Positions 25,474 through 39,275 of a stretch of 64,000 bases of DNA are shown here, piece by piece. This DNA comes from Octopus vulgaris (taxonomy: Eukaryota): positions 28,334,001-28,398,000 of the forward strand of contig OX597832.1 of NCBI GenBank assembly GCA_951406725.2. Direction: 5' to 3'. The notes beneath the pieces are model-generated. The model was not told where the DNA came from. It saw only the letters and a list, made by a program, of their open reading frames with translations, and ran no database searches. The number at the start of each line of letters is the position of its first letter. Position 1 is the stretch's first letter. A program made the position numbers and the translations under genes.

Positions 25474-26148
25474 TGTGTGTGTGTGTGTATACTCATGCAT
25501 AGATAGTTGTATATAGCGACAGGGGTGGATGGAGGTCCAATGTTGCCGTTGGGGATGGTATGATGGTATGTAGAGTAGTGATGCAGAATGGCAGTGGGTG
25601 GGATGTGGGACGGCTTGGTACAAAGAATGGGGGAAGCTAGATGCCAAATACAGAAATGAGGGTATGTACAGTGGGTGGATGAGGGGGTGGTAGTTGTGTG
25701 ACGTTAATCCGGTTGGATTAGAACCCTGTATGTAAAACAAAAAGGAGGGAAAGACATAAATTCCATTTGAACAAAAGGAAAAATAAAAACATCTCAAAGA
25801 AAATAAATTATTGAAATTATTATTTTTTTTTGGTGTGTGAGATTGAATGGAGAGCAGGAGAGAAAGGTGAATATTTTGAAAGGTAAAATAATGTTTGAGG
25901 CATTACAAGAATGGATTTGAGGCACTTGGGGAGAGCACAGTTACACAGTTTGGCTGAAATTAATAAATTCAACATTGTAGAGAGAGAGAGAGTGAGAGAG
26001 AGAGAGAAAGAAGATTAGAATAAAGGAGAGAAACAGAGGTTGAGTGTGTGTGTGTGTATAATGAAAGAGAGAGAGAGAGAGGTTATTAAGGTGAGACACA
26101 GTGAGGTTAAGAAAGAGAGAAATTTTATTATATACGTATGTTTATATA

Positions 26149-26210
<62 letters not shown>

Positions 26211-26513
26211 AACAATGAGAGAGTGATAGAGAAGGAGAGAGAGAGAGTGAGTGAGAGAGTGACAGAGAAAGAGTGAGAGAGAGGGTGAGAGAGAGTGAAA
26301 GAGAGAGACTTTGGACAATTTGCAAAGTGGGATCATCACATGTTGAAGAAAGTATTTTAAATTTTATCTCCTGTGTGTGAAGAGAGACAACACATTGTCA
26401 CAATGCGTTTAGATATAGTTTGACAAGTAAGAGAGAGAAAGGGCGAGAGAGAGAGAAGGAGAGAAGGAGATAAGAAGAGGCGCGATGTAGATAATGAAAG
26501 TAAGGTGAATTAC

Positions 26514-26584
26514 CTCTTCGGAGTCGTCGTTGGAAGTTGGTTCCGTGTTGCGACCATTTTGCTGTTCTTTGCCCGGTTGTTGTT
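26514..26584 (-). CDS. Candidate anoctamin N-terminal exon
   Basis: ctaatctttcatttacag| (branch point-like CTAAT) ... GAG|GTAATT, 71 nt. Phase 1-0 gives (E)QQPGKEQQNGRNTEPTSNDDSEE, joining the 45076-44981 exon to the phase-0 conserved exon. All three frames are open, so the phase is inferred. Confidence 0.7.
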
Positions 26585-27149
26585 CTGTAAATGAAAGATT
26601 AGAATACATAGAGACCAAGGTAATACAGGTGGAAGAATGGGACAACATGGTGTTGTTGTTGTTCATCATGTTGGTGGTGGCGTCGTGGTGGTCGTGGAGG
26701 TGGTGGTCGTGGTGGTAGTGGTGTGATGGTGTGGAGGATGAAGACGAAGATACTATTGCCATCAGAGTTGTCTGGCAGAAGCGCTGCAAGTTAGCTGTGA
26801 CAGAACAGCATCAATAGTTGCTGTTATAGTAGTAGTTGTAGTAGTAGTGGTGGTGGTACTAGTTGCAGAGGTGGTAGTTGTAGCAGAAGAAGAAGAAGAA
26901 GAAGCAGTTGTAGTAGTGGCAGTAGTAGTAGGAGTAGGTGTAGCAGTTGTAAAACAGATTGGTGAATTGGACAGTTTTGGATGTTGAGAAAGGGAGATTG
27001 TATTCTTTGGCTGAGAGAGAGAGAGAGAGAGAAAGAGTAAGAAAGAGTGAGAGAGAGAGGAAAAGAGAGAGAGAGAAAGAAAGGGTGAGAGAGAGAAAGA
27101 GAAAGAGTGAGAGAGAGAAATATGTGTGTGTAAAAAGAGGGTAGGTATG

Positions 27150-27575
27150 TGTGTCTGTGTGTGCGTGTGTGTGCGTATAGAAGAGAAAGTGTGTGTGTGT
27201 AGAAGAGAAAGTGTGTGTGTGTGTATGTAGAAGAGAAAGTGTGTGTGTATAGAAGAGAAAGTGTGTGTGTAGAAGAGAAAGTGTGTGTGTATATATGTGT
27301 GTGTGTGTGTGTGTAGAAGAGAAAGTGTATGTGTATGTGTGTATGTGTGCATGTGTATCGAAGAGAGAGTGTGTGTGTGTGTGTGTGTGTATAGAAGAGA
27401 AAGTGTGTGTGTGTGTGTATGTGTGTGTGTTTGTATAGAAGAGAAAGTATGTGTGTGTGTATGTGTGCGTGTGTGTATAGAAGAGAGAGAAAGTGTGTGT
27501 GTGTGAGTGAGTGTGTGTGTGCGTGTGTGCATAGAAGAGAGAAAAAGTGTGTGTGTGTGTGTAGGAGAGAGAGAG
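27150..27575. repeat. Compound array: constant 'tagaagagaaa' separated by variable (GT)n
   Basis: About 12 units directly visible. Confidence 0.9.
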
Positions 27576-27918
27576 AGTGTCAAAGAGAGAATGTGTATGA
27601 ATACAAACATTCACATACACGTGTGTGGGTGTATATATATATAAACACACATCTATGTATTTACAGAAATACATCCATATGTGTAATTAACAAATATATA
27701 TAAGTGTATAAACATACATACACACATACATACATACATGCAGGCATACGGCTATATATATACCTTCCTGCTCATATGCATTTACACATATACATACGTA
27801 TGTAGATACTTGTATAGAAATATAATAGACACCCTTGACTCCATTGTCATAAGTAGGCAACGAAATTTACATCAAGCTTTCACACTAAAATGTTTTGTGG
27901 TATTGATATATGTATCAG

Positions 27919-28015
<97 letters not shown>

Positions 28016-28115
28016 TGTGTGTGTGTGTGTTTGTGTGTGTGTATGTATGTGTGTGTATGTGTAGGTGTGTGTGAGTGTGTATGTATGTGTGTGTATGTGT
28101 GTGTGTTTGTGTGTT

Positions 28116-28147
<32 letters not shown>

Positions 28148-28378
28148 TGTGTGTGTGTGTATGTGAGTGTGAGTGTGTGTATGTGTGTGAGTGTGTGTGC
28201 AAATATATATACTTGTAAATGTACATATATGCACACATGTAGATGTATGTATATATATGTATGTATATATGCATACACACACACATATATGCATAGAGGT
28301 ACATGTAGACACACACATGTTTGACGTGTGTAGACACATATGCACACATGTAGATGTATAGATGTTTGTATGTATGTA

Positions 28379-28417
<39 letters not shown>

Positions 28418-28939
28418 ATACATATGCACACACATATATGCATAGAGGTATGTGTAGAAACACATACGTTTAACGTGTGTAGACACACATATGCACACAT
28501 GTAGATATATAGATGTATGTGATGTATACATACATCTACGTATAGATGTATGTATACGTACGCACACACATATACGCATAGAGATATGTGCAGACACTCA
28601 TATGTACGTGTGTGTGTATGTCAGGTGTGTAGATGCTCACAGACTCAGGTGTGATGAGCATAGATAAAAGCCTTCCAACATCAAAGCAGGTGTTGCTGAG
28701 TGTAGGCATACATTCTGCCATACACCTACACCTGATACTCACAAGCTACACATATTAATCATGTGGGTCATTCACCCTAGAAACAGCAGCCAAATCTCGC
28801 ATCAAATCACCTTATATTCATTAATAAAAGAAGGACATTTTGCCTAATGTAGTCTCAGAATATACTGCCTGAAATATAAAGGTGGGATGGTCATATGTGG
28901 ATTGTCCTTGATCAGGAGGTATGATGGATTAGGACGAAA

Positions 28940-29540
28940 AAGGCGGCGAGCTGGCAGAAACGTTAGCACGCTGGGCGAAATGCTTAGCGGTATTTCGTCT
29001 GTCGTTACGTTCTGAGTTCAAATTCCGCCGAGGTCGACTTTGCCTTTCATCCTTTCGGGGTCGATTAAATAAGTACCAGTTACGCACTGGGGTCGATATA
29101 ATCGACTTAATCCGTTTGTCTGTCCTTGTTTGTCCTCTCTGTGTTTAGACCCTTGTGGGTAGTAAAGAAATAGGTATTTCGTCTGCCTCTACATTCTGAG
29201 TTCAAATTCCACCAAGGTCGACTTTGCTTTTCATCCTTTTGGGGGTCGATTAAATAAGTACCAGTTTCGCACTGGGGTCGATATAATCGACTTAATCCAT
29301 TTTTCTGTCCTTGTTTGTCCTCTCTGTGTTTAGCCCCTTGTGGGTAGTAAAGAAATAGGTATTTCATCTGCCTCTACATTCTGAGTTCAAATTCCACCGA
29401 GGTCGACTTTGCCTTTCATCCTTTCAGGGTCGATTAAATAAGTACCAGTTATGTACTGGGGTCGATATAATTGACTTAACCCGTTTGTCTTTCCTTGTTT
29501 GTCCCCTCTGTGTTTAGCTCCTTGTGGGCAGTAAAGAAAT
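28940..29540 (+). mobile_element. SINE family A tandem trimer
   Basis: One head followed by three approximately 183-bp body repeats joined at 'aagaaataggtatttc'. Confidence 0.85.
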
Positions 29541-29614
29541 TGGTATGATGAATTATGACAAAACTGTTATACAGAGAAACATACCTACAACACTACAGCA
29601 GCCACCCCCACCAA

Positions 29615-30018
29615 CACTAATGGCACCGGTGTCACCATCACTAACGGCACCGGTGTCACCATCACTAACGGCACCAATGCCACCATCACTAACGGCACCG
29701 GCGCACCATCACTAACGGCACCGGTGCCACTACCACTCATGGCACTGGTGCCACCACCACTAATGGCACTGGTGCCACCACCACTAATGGCACTGGTGCC
29801 ACCACCACTAATGGCACTGGTGCCACCACCACTAATGACACTGGTGCCACCACTAATGGCACTGGTGTCATCACCACTAATGGCACTAGTGCCACCACCA
29901 CTAACGGCACTGGTGCCACCACCACTAATGGCACTGGTGCCACCACCACTAATGGCACTGGTGCGACCACCATTAATGGCACTGGTGCCACCACCACTAA
30001 TGGCACTGGTGCCACCTC
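29615..30018. repeat. 24-bp minisatellite with an internal inverted repeat GGCAC-tg-GTGCC
   Basis: Unit ggcactggtgccaccaccactaat. Confidence 0.95.
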
Positions 30019-30585
30019 TTCCAGTGACATTGGTAATGATTCTTAACATAATTAGTCTGAGAGATCTGGAATGAAACAGCTTTGAACATAGATTTACATG
30101 ATTGTTATTGAACAACAACAGGAACAACAACACCAACACCACTTAAAGACTGTATCTACATTGTTGTCAGACCTGCTGGAAGTAATAGCTAAAACTTCAT
30201 TAAATCATACACATTCTTTAGAAAAGAAGGACACATAAGATTAGATAGTCCAATGTACATTTTATCAATTAAAGACAGGATGGTCATGGTTGGAATGTAT
30301 TTAGCATAGATTGGCTAGATCAAAGGTGGCCTAGGGATAAACAAAAACAAAACATGATGCACATAATATCACCATAGCAACACATACTACCACCACCACA
30401 ACCACTGGTTCTAAATACAACAATAGTAATAACACTAGCCATATATGCCCATCACCACTACCAACACCAATGATACCAGCAACGGATCATATTTCAGTGG
30501 AGGAGGCCGCATAACAGAAATAAAAATCTTGCATCCAGTGCCAAGATGCTTCAAACTATATTTGAAAATGAACTTGAAATGGTGA

Positions 30586-30652
30586 CAGGTATTTAGAATT
30601 TAAAATAAAACCCAGCAAAACACACAGATATTATAATCCGTTATAATCACAT

Positions 30653-30687
<35 letters not shown>

Positions 30688-31085
30688 AATGCACCAATCC
30701 GACCGTGGCCGATGCCAGCCTCGCCTGGCTCCAGTGCAGGTGGCACGTAAAAAGCACCCACTACACTCACGGAGTGGTTGGCATTAGGAAACACTGTAGA
30801 AACACTGCCAGATAAGACCGGAGCCTGGTGCAGCCTCCTGGCTTCCCAGATATCGAACCGTCCAACCCATAGCATAGAGAATACGTTAAACGATGATGAT
30901 GATACCGGAGTAAACACATAAATGTGAAACAAGGTGGAAAAAAGAGTACTCAAATACCAGTGGGAGAGTAATATGCTTTATTTAAAGCAGCAGAAAATTC
31001 AACAAAACCTGTTACTCTGAGTTTCACGTTGCCGTTTGTCGGACAGTTTTTGCTAGTAAAAACTGTTTTAAATAAAGTACATATA
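30586..31085. mobile_element. Second copy of the 10.3-kb family, interrupted by an RTE-tailed element, right arm mostly deleted
   Basis: Shares 'caggtatttagaatttaaaataaaacccagc' and 'accggagtaaacacataaatgtgaaacaagg...' with 10283-10550. Confidence 0.7.
31009..31046 (-). ncRNA. Degenerate hammerhead motif (family of 10567)
   Basis: CTGT-CCGACAA-ACG GCAA CGT-GAAA-CTCAGAG-TA-ACAG; perfect stem II, mutated core. Confidence 0.5.
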
Positions 31086-31981
31086 TATATAATCATCATT
31101 TAGCATCTGTTTTTCATGCTGGCATGGGTTGGATGGGTTAGATGGTTTGACTGGAGCTGGTAAGCTGGAGAGCTGCACCAGGTTCCCGTCTGATTTGGTA
31201 TGATATTTATGGCTTAAAACCAACCACTCTGAGAGTGTAATGGGAGTTTTTTATGTGCCGCCGGCACAGGTGCCATTTACTTGACACTGGTAATGGCCAC
31301 AACAGATAATCGCCATCATCATTGTTTTAACGTTCACTTTGCCATACTTGCATGGGTCAGAAGGAATTTTATTGAGATAGATTTTCTATGGCCAGATTCT
31401 TTTCCCGTCACAAACCCTCACCTGTTTCTAAGCAAGGTAATATTTCCCCATGACCAGACATGTTTTCACAGAAGATTGGAAATGAATCGCATTCATTTTC
31501 AACAATCCTGTGCTTTCAGGAAAAGGAGAAGCAATATATCAGAACCCAACCAACCAACCGACCAACCCACTATCCCTTCCATTTATATGCATCCTCAACT
31601 AAAGCAGTTCAACATTTCCCCAAACTTCCTCATTGAATGGAGAGGGATTTCATTGCATCCAACACATCCTGGTTTTAAAATGATGCAGATAAAATATGAG
31701 GTGATGACAGCAAGATTTCTCTCCTATTTCCAACCAGCTGAGCAAATACTAAAGATTCTCTTGCTTAGTCAACTATATGTCATACTACAAGTTGTATGGT
31801 ACTCTACAAAGTAGTGAGGTACACTACAGTACGTTCATACCTTGGTACTACGGAGAAAAAGGTGGGGGACATCAGTCCAATGAAACTGTTTGTCTGCAGG
31901 TACTGACCACTAAGATGAGGTTATGTTAAGAGTGGCTAATATCAGCAATTACATCACGAACGACAGAAGAATAAATAGAGT

Positions 31982-32385
31982 AGGCGCAGGAGTGGCTGTG
32001 TGGTAAGTAGCTTGCTTACCAACCACATGGTTCCGGGTTCAGTCCCACTGCGTGGCATCTTGGGCAAGTGTCTTCTGCTATAGTCCCGGGCCGACCAATG
32101 CCTTGTGAGTGGATTTGGTAGACGGAAACTGAAAGAAGTCTGTCGTATATATGTATATATGTATATATATGTATGTGTGTGTATGTGTTTGTGTGATTGT
32201 CCCCCAACATTGCTTGACAACCGATGCTGGTGTGTTTATGTCTCCGTCACTTAGCGGTTTGGCAAAAGAGACCGATAGAATAAGTACTGGGCTTACAAAG
32301 AATAAGTCCCGGGGTTGATTTGCTCGACTAAAGGCGGTGCTCCAGCATGGCCGCATTGAATTGACTGAAACAAGCAAAAGAGAAA
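31982..32385 (+). mobile_element. SINE family B
   Basis: Full-length match to 10941-11340. Confidence 0.85.
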
Positions 32386-33048
32386 AGAAAAGAGAGAGAG
32401 TACTGTACTTATAATCAAGCAGACGATCCAATCTGACAGTGCAAAATACCTGTACACTGTAAATATACACTTATAATACCTGTCAATTCAACATTTTTGA
32501 ATTTTAAATCAGATGTAACATGGATGGTGAAGAGGTGTTGTTAATATGCCGTGGTCGTATAGTGGTGCCTCAGAAATTTATTCTGAGTCACTGGAGCTTT
32601 GAAGCTCCAATGATGGACTACTGGTTGTAGGCTGTGCTGGTGGTACAGATGTGTCAGTAGTACGTGAAGAGCAAAAACCATGGAGCAATGAGCTACATGT
32701 GTTGTTACAGTGATGTAAATGAAGTGACTGCCTGCCAACTAGCGGTCAGTTCTCAAAGCAGTGGCTCATGTCTAGTGTTGCCACAATTTCATCCATAGCA
32801 CACGGGACTTTCCAATTGAGTCAGCTGCTCCAGATTTTGTCTGCTGCTTCCGAAATCGGTTGAAGGGAGATCCGTAGTACCAAAGTATGAGTGTAAAGTG
32901 CAGTATGGCCACAATAGAGTTACATAATTATAATCCGGCTCATCCCATGACACAACAGACAGATTTTTAAAGGACAATTTTAGTTTTAAGCACAAGGGAA
33001 ACAGAAGAATATTGAAAGAAGATAAGGAGGGTGACAGAGAGATATATC

Positions 33049-33153
<105 letters not shown>

Positions 33154-33208
33154 CACACACACACACACACACGCACACACACGCCACGCACACACGCCAC
33201 ACACCACA

Positions 33209-33317
<109 letters not shown>

Positions 33318-34154
33318 ACACACACACACACACACACACCACTCCACCTCCTCCCACTCCTACCCTCCTTACCATTTGAGGTGAAAGGTTATGTAAATTA
33401 GTCCTGACATTCAATATTTAACTAATTAACCTTTGTTATCTCAATGGTGTTACTTTTTTTTTGTCTCACAGACTTCAAATAAAGAAGGATCACCCAACTT
33501 CTCTGATTTAAGGGGGAAAAACCCCCCTAAAAAATATTACAAAAAAGACGTCAGATAAAAGTAAAAAAAAAAAAAAGGGGATAATTGTGTTGCTATCCCC
33601 TCCCCCTGACCTCGCAGCTACCCTTCCTCCCCACCCCCTGTTGACGCCAAGAGTTCAGATGTTCTGTTGTTGCTTTAATGAAAGACAAAAAAAAAACAAA
33701 GAAAAAAAACACATGTCAATGTGATGACCTAAAAAAAGCAACAGAAAAATGTGATGTGTACTTTCTGTTAAACACACACATATACACACACACACACACA
33801 TACATACATACACAACACGCATGGTATTTATATCATCACTGATTTTCACATCTAATTTTCCACGCCTGCATGGGTCAGATGGAATTTGTGTCAAGGCAGA
33901 TTTACTGGATGCTGGATACCATTCCTGTTGCTATAGGCACAAGGCTTGAAATTTCTAGGGAGAGGACTAGTTGATTACATTGACCCCAGTACTCAACTGG
34001 TACTTAATTTATTGACCCTGAAAGGATAAAAAGTAAAGTTGACCTTGGTGGAATTTGAACTCAGAATGTAGCAACAGATGAAATATTGCAAAGTATTTTG
34101 CCCAGTGAGCTAACAACTCTGCCAGCTTGCCACCTTAATAATAATAATAATAAT

Positions 34155-34530
34155 GACCAATCCGAATCATGGCCGATGCCAGCGCCGCCTTGACTGGCTT
34201 CTGTGCCAGTGGCATGTAAAAAGCACCATCCGAATCGTGGTTGATGCCAGCGCTGCCTTGACTGGCTTCCATGCCGGTGGCACATAAAAAGCACCAATCT
34301 GATAGTGGCCGTTGCCAGCCTCACCTGGCTCCTGTGCTGGTGGCACGTAAAAAGCACCCACTACACTAACGGAGTGGTTGGTGTTAGGAAGGGCGTCCAG
34401 CTGTAGAAACTTTGCCAGATCAGATTGGAGCCTGGTGTAGCCTTCTGGCTTCCCAGATCCCTGGTCGAACCATCCAACCCCTGCTAGCGCGGAAAACAGA
34501 CGTTAAACGATGATGATGATGATGATGATG
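34155..34530 (+). mobile_element. RTE-tailed non-autonomous retroelement family E with internal tandem units of about 60 bp
   Basis: 'ggttggcgttaggaagggcatccagctgtagaaac' box and tail 'acgttaaacg(atg)n'. Other copies at about 11410-11710(+), 13900-14185(+), 17140-17325(+), 17830-18060(-), 30690-30903(+), 31095-31300(-), 35370-35730(+), 48131-48432(-), 52383-52600(-), 55835-56020(+), 63189-63460(-). The RTE link is inferred from the tail type. Confidence 0.8.
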
Positions 34531-35186
34531 AACCTTAACCCTAACCCTGTTTCCAGGCAAGGTAAATATTTTTAACCCTGACCAAACATATTCTTCACAG
34601 AGGACTGGAAACAGAGGACATCACTTGAATCATGGTGACACTCATTAACCCCATGCAATGTCAAGACAAGGAGATATACATATGATCACAGACACACAAA
34701 CAGATTCGGCAAGCTTCTTCCAGTTTCCATTGACCAAAACTACTCACAAGGCTTTGGTCAGCCTGGAATTACATTAGAAGACACTTCACCCATGATGCCA
34801 TGTAGCAGAACTGAACCTAAAACCATGTAGTGAAGAAGCATATTTCTTATCGCAAACACACACACGTGTCATATATATTATATGTATGTTTTACAGCTGC
34901 TTTCCCATGCTGGCATGGGTTAGAGCAGCACCTATTACTGAGGCATTGTTTAAAGCTAGATGCTCTTTCTGTTGCTAATCTTTTTTTGTTTTTCAAGAAT
35001 CAAATTTTTCGTTCCATTCTACACCAATTCCCAGAACTGTTAGCAGAACATTTTATTGACAAGCAATTGTCAACATAGAACATGGTCTGTGATTCAGAGA
35101 CTTTATTTTCAGGTTTAGTGCAGAATACAAACATTCACACAGACAGACACATGGACACACTCAGACATGTGTACACACACACACAT

Positions 35187-35221
<35 letters not shown>

Positions 35222-35331
35222 TGGCTGAATATGTGTGTATGTATTTATATGAGTGTTTCTGCATACAAATACAGTTGTCTAAAAATCCATGAGTCAGTAA
35301 AAAACAGGCCTTCATATATTAATACAATGGG

Positions 35332-35363
<32 letters not shown>

Positions 35364-36199
35364 CAACACAAAATTGATCAACATCAATGGAAATTGTAGC
35401 TGTGATATCAGTGCCGGTGGCACATAAGAGAACCATCCGAATGTAGCTGTTGCCAGCGCCGCCCCGACTGGCCTCCGTGCCAGTGGCACATAAAAAGCAC
35501 CATTCGATCATGGCCGTTGCCAGCCTTGCCTGGCACCTGTGCCGGTGGCACGTAAAACTCACCCACTACACTCATGGATTGGTTGGCGTTAGGAAGGGCA
35601 TCCAGCCGTAGAAACACTGTCAGATCAGACTGGGCCTGGTGCAGCCTTCTGGCTTCCCAGACCCCAGTTGAACCGTCCAACCCATGCTAGCATGGAAAGC
35701 GGATGTTAAACGATGATGATGATGATGATGAAATTGATGATGATTATTATTATTATTTTGTCTTGCATGTTAATGATTCTTGTTTGCTGCTTTAATAATA
35801 ATAATCCTTTCTGCTATAGGCACAAGGCTTGAAATTTTGGTGGAGAGAACTGGTTGATTACATCGACCCCAGTACTCAATTGGTACTTAATTTATTGACT
35901 CTGAAAGGATAAAGAGCAAAGTTGACCTCGGTGGAATTTGAACTCAGAATGTAGCAACTGCTAAGTGTTTTGCCCGGTGTGCTAACAACTCTGCCAGCTC
36001 ATAACCTTAATGATGAAAATAATAATAATAATAATAATAATCCTTTCTACTATTGGCACAAAACCTGAAATTTGGGAGAGAAGGATAGTTAATTACATTG
36101 ACCCCCTGTGCATGACTGGTACTTATTTTATTGGCCCCCTCACAAAAGGATGAAAGGCAAAATCCCAAGTTGCTCTGATGGATGAAAAACAATTACTTT

Positions 36200-36596
36200 T
36201 TACTCATTTACTTGTTTCAGTCATTTGACTGCGGCCATGCTGGAGCACCACCTTTAGTCGAGCAAATCGACCCCGGGACATATTCTTTGTAAGCCTAGTA
36301 CTTATTCTCTTTTGCTGAACCGTTAAGCTACGGGGATGCAAACACACCACCATCGGTTGTCAAGTAATGTTGGAGGGACAAACACAGACACACAAACACA
36401 CATACAAATATATATATATATATACATTTATACGATGGGCTTCTTTCAGTTTCCGTCTACCAAATCCACTCACAAGGCTTTGGTTGGCCTGAGGCTATAG
36501 TAGAAGGCACTTGCCCAAGGTGCCACGCAGTGGGACTGAACCTGGAACCATGTGGCTGGTTAGCAAGCTACTTACCACACAGCCACTCCTGCGCCT
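36200..36596 (-). mobile_element. SINE family B
   Basis: Reverse-complement match to 10941-11340. Confidence 0.85.
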
Positions 36597-37375
36597 AATT
36601 GGGAATGTGTATCATATACACTGCATGGATGCAAAGGGGACATGCCCTCTGAGTCACGTGTGATACATGGGACAGGCAACGGATTCAAACAGTAAATTGA
36701 GATGGAATTTTGAGGGAAAGGCCTTTGGATTACCACAAAACAGGGAGTTTGCATCATTGAACCACGGGCGGTCTCGGGTAGGTTGGTATCAAAAGAGTTG
36801 ACTGGGAGGGAAAGAATACTGATAAGAGAAGTAAGCTGATAACAAGCTATATCTCATGGATAAAATAGAGCTATGGCTGGTAACCAGATATTTCAATGGC
36901 GGAAATGAAATACAGCTAATAACAACAACAACAGCAACAACACAAATGACAATTTCAATGATTCGAACAGTTGCTACAATAAATAATATCGACACAATAC
37001 GATAACAGTATCACACTGACATTAAGTAGCAAATACGATATGATTTGATGCACCTTTCAAAATGGCTGCTACCATACGATGTATATTTAAAAAAAAGGAA
37101 AATAAAAATCAATGTTAAGCTGATAACAAGAAATATAATATTGGTTATTGAACGAAACAATGTAGAAAAGAAATAAAGGAAATCTCAATGAATGAAAAAG
37201 TAATTCAGTTTTCACCCCCAGCTGTTGCTAATCTATTATATTCAGTTTATAACCCAATTATTCCTGATAGCAGTGTCATGGCACGACCTCTGCATGGCCC
37301 CAGCTAAGAAGAAAATTTTAGTAATTTTAGGTAAAATATGAATGTCATATTTTCGTTTTACCCCTTAGAAATATC

Positions 37376-37765
37376 TGGATGGAAGCACTCTGTCGGTTAC
37401 GATGATGAGGGTTCCGGTTGATCCGAATCAACGGAACAGCCTGCTCGTGAAATTAACGTGTAAGTGGCTGAGCACTCCACAGACACGTGTACCCTTAACG
37501 TAGTTCTCGGGGATATTCAGCGTGACACAGAGAGTGACAAGGCCGGCCCTTTGAAATACAGGTACAACAGAAACAGGAAGTAAGAGTGAGAGAAAGTTGT
37601 GGTGAAAGAGTACAGCAGGGATCACCACCATCCCCTGTCGGAGCCTCGTGGAGCTTTAGGTGTTTTCGCTCAATAAACACTCACAACGCCTGGTCTGGGA
37701 ATCGAAACCGCGATCCTACGACTGCGTGTCCGCTGCCCTAACCACTGGGCCATTGCGCCTCCACC
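37376..37765 (-). mobile_element. SINE family D with TSD
   Basis: Reverse complement of 21715-22100; 'ccttagaaatatc' is duplicated on both flanks. Confidence 0.9.
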
Positions 37766-38995
37766 TTAGAAATATCAAAGTTTTGGTGAATATTGGAGAA
37801 TTTACAAAAGAACAAAGTTGGTGGAAATAAGCAGAATACCAGGCAAATGGCTTTGTTTATTGATGCTTAAGTTGAACGGATGAACAGAGTTATGATGATG
37901 GAGTCACCAAGTGTAATCATCGTGTACAGCAATAATATGCATTGCATAAATGAGTGAAGGACAATATTTATTGGTTATTCAGATGGCCATTTATTTATAT
38001 GATCATGATATTGTAATTGAGACGACAACTATTTTGAGTGGTTTTGGTAAACAAATCTCCTGGTGCAACAAGTGAGAACAATAGGCCAAGGACTTGAGGG
38101 AAAATGAGGATTCTGTTATGAATCCTAGCTTAGAAAGTTGGTAGCTATCTGCTACAGAGTCATTAGAGTATTGGAAAAATATTTAACAATGTTTACTCTT
38201 GCTCTTTGGGTTCTGAGTTCAAATCTCACTGAAGTCCACTTTTGCCTTTCATACTTCGAAAGTCAATAAAATAAAGTACCACTCAAGTACTTGGGATGAT
38301 GTAATCAACCAACACCCTCCCCTCAAAATTGCTGATTTTATACCTAAACTACAAACCACTATTTGCTTTCGTTCCTCATGTTCTGGGTTCTAGTCCTTCT
38401 GGGGGCATTTGCCTTTTGTTCCTGCAAAGTTAGTAAAATAAAGTACCAGCCAAGTACAGTGATGAACTTCCAGAATGGTTAGAGTACCAGACAAAATACC
38501 TTGTAGTATTTGTTATAGCATTTTATATCCCAGTACTTAATTTCTTTGAAGGGCATAATGTTATTTTGGGTTTGAAGAACCAAGAAACCTTTAAAGATGA
38601 GAATATGGTCAAGTGTTTTTATGGTCAGTTTCTGTGATTCGATGAGATAATTTGCAATTCAGAAGAGACCCAGAAATTCATTATAATTAAAAAAAAGAAT
38701 GTTGGGGGATCAGTAATTTGGCTAGATTCCTGCTCGGTTGTTTAATGATAATCATGATTCCTTCTATGATAGGCAAAAGGCCTGAATTTAGAAGAAAGGG
38801 CCTTGCTGATTTCATTGACCCCAGCGCTTGACTGGTACTTATTTTATTGACCCTGAAAAAAAAAAAAAAACAGAGCCAAAGTCGACCTCAGCAGGATTTG
38901 AACTTAAAACACAAAGACAGACGAAATACCATGAAGCACTTTGCCCAGCATGCTAACGATTCTACCAGCTCATTGCCTTAATAATAATAATAATG

Positions 38996-39033
<38 letters not shown>

Positions 39034-39237
39034 CCTCTATACTAAAGGCACAAGGCCTGAAATTTGCAGGGAGGGGACTAGTCGATTGCATCAACCCCAG
39101 AGCATAACTGGTACGGCCCCGAAAGGATGAAAGGCAAAGTTGATCTCGGCGGAATTTGAATTCAGAACGTGGCGACAGGCGAAATACCACTAAGCATTTC
39201 ACCCAGAGTGCTAACAATTATGCCAGCTCACCCCCTT

Positions 39238-39275
<38 letters not shown>

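Noticed and set aside
29585-30142. Gly/Ser-rich and Pro-rich repeat ORFs
   Set aside because: Translation of a 24-bp minisatellite.
32480-32790. Minus-strand donor ACAG|GTATTA as an anoctamin coding exon
   Set aside because: The phase-compatible frame has a TAA 20 codons upstream with no ATG or acceptor in between; the region is better explained as transposon interior.
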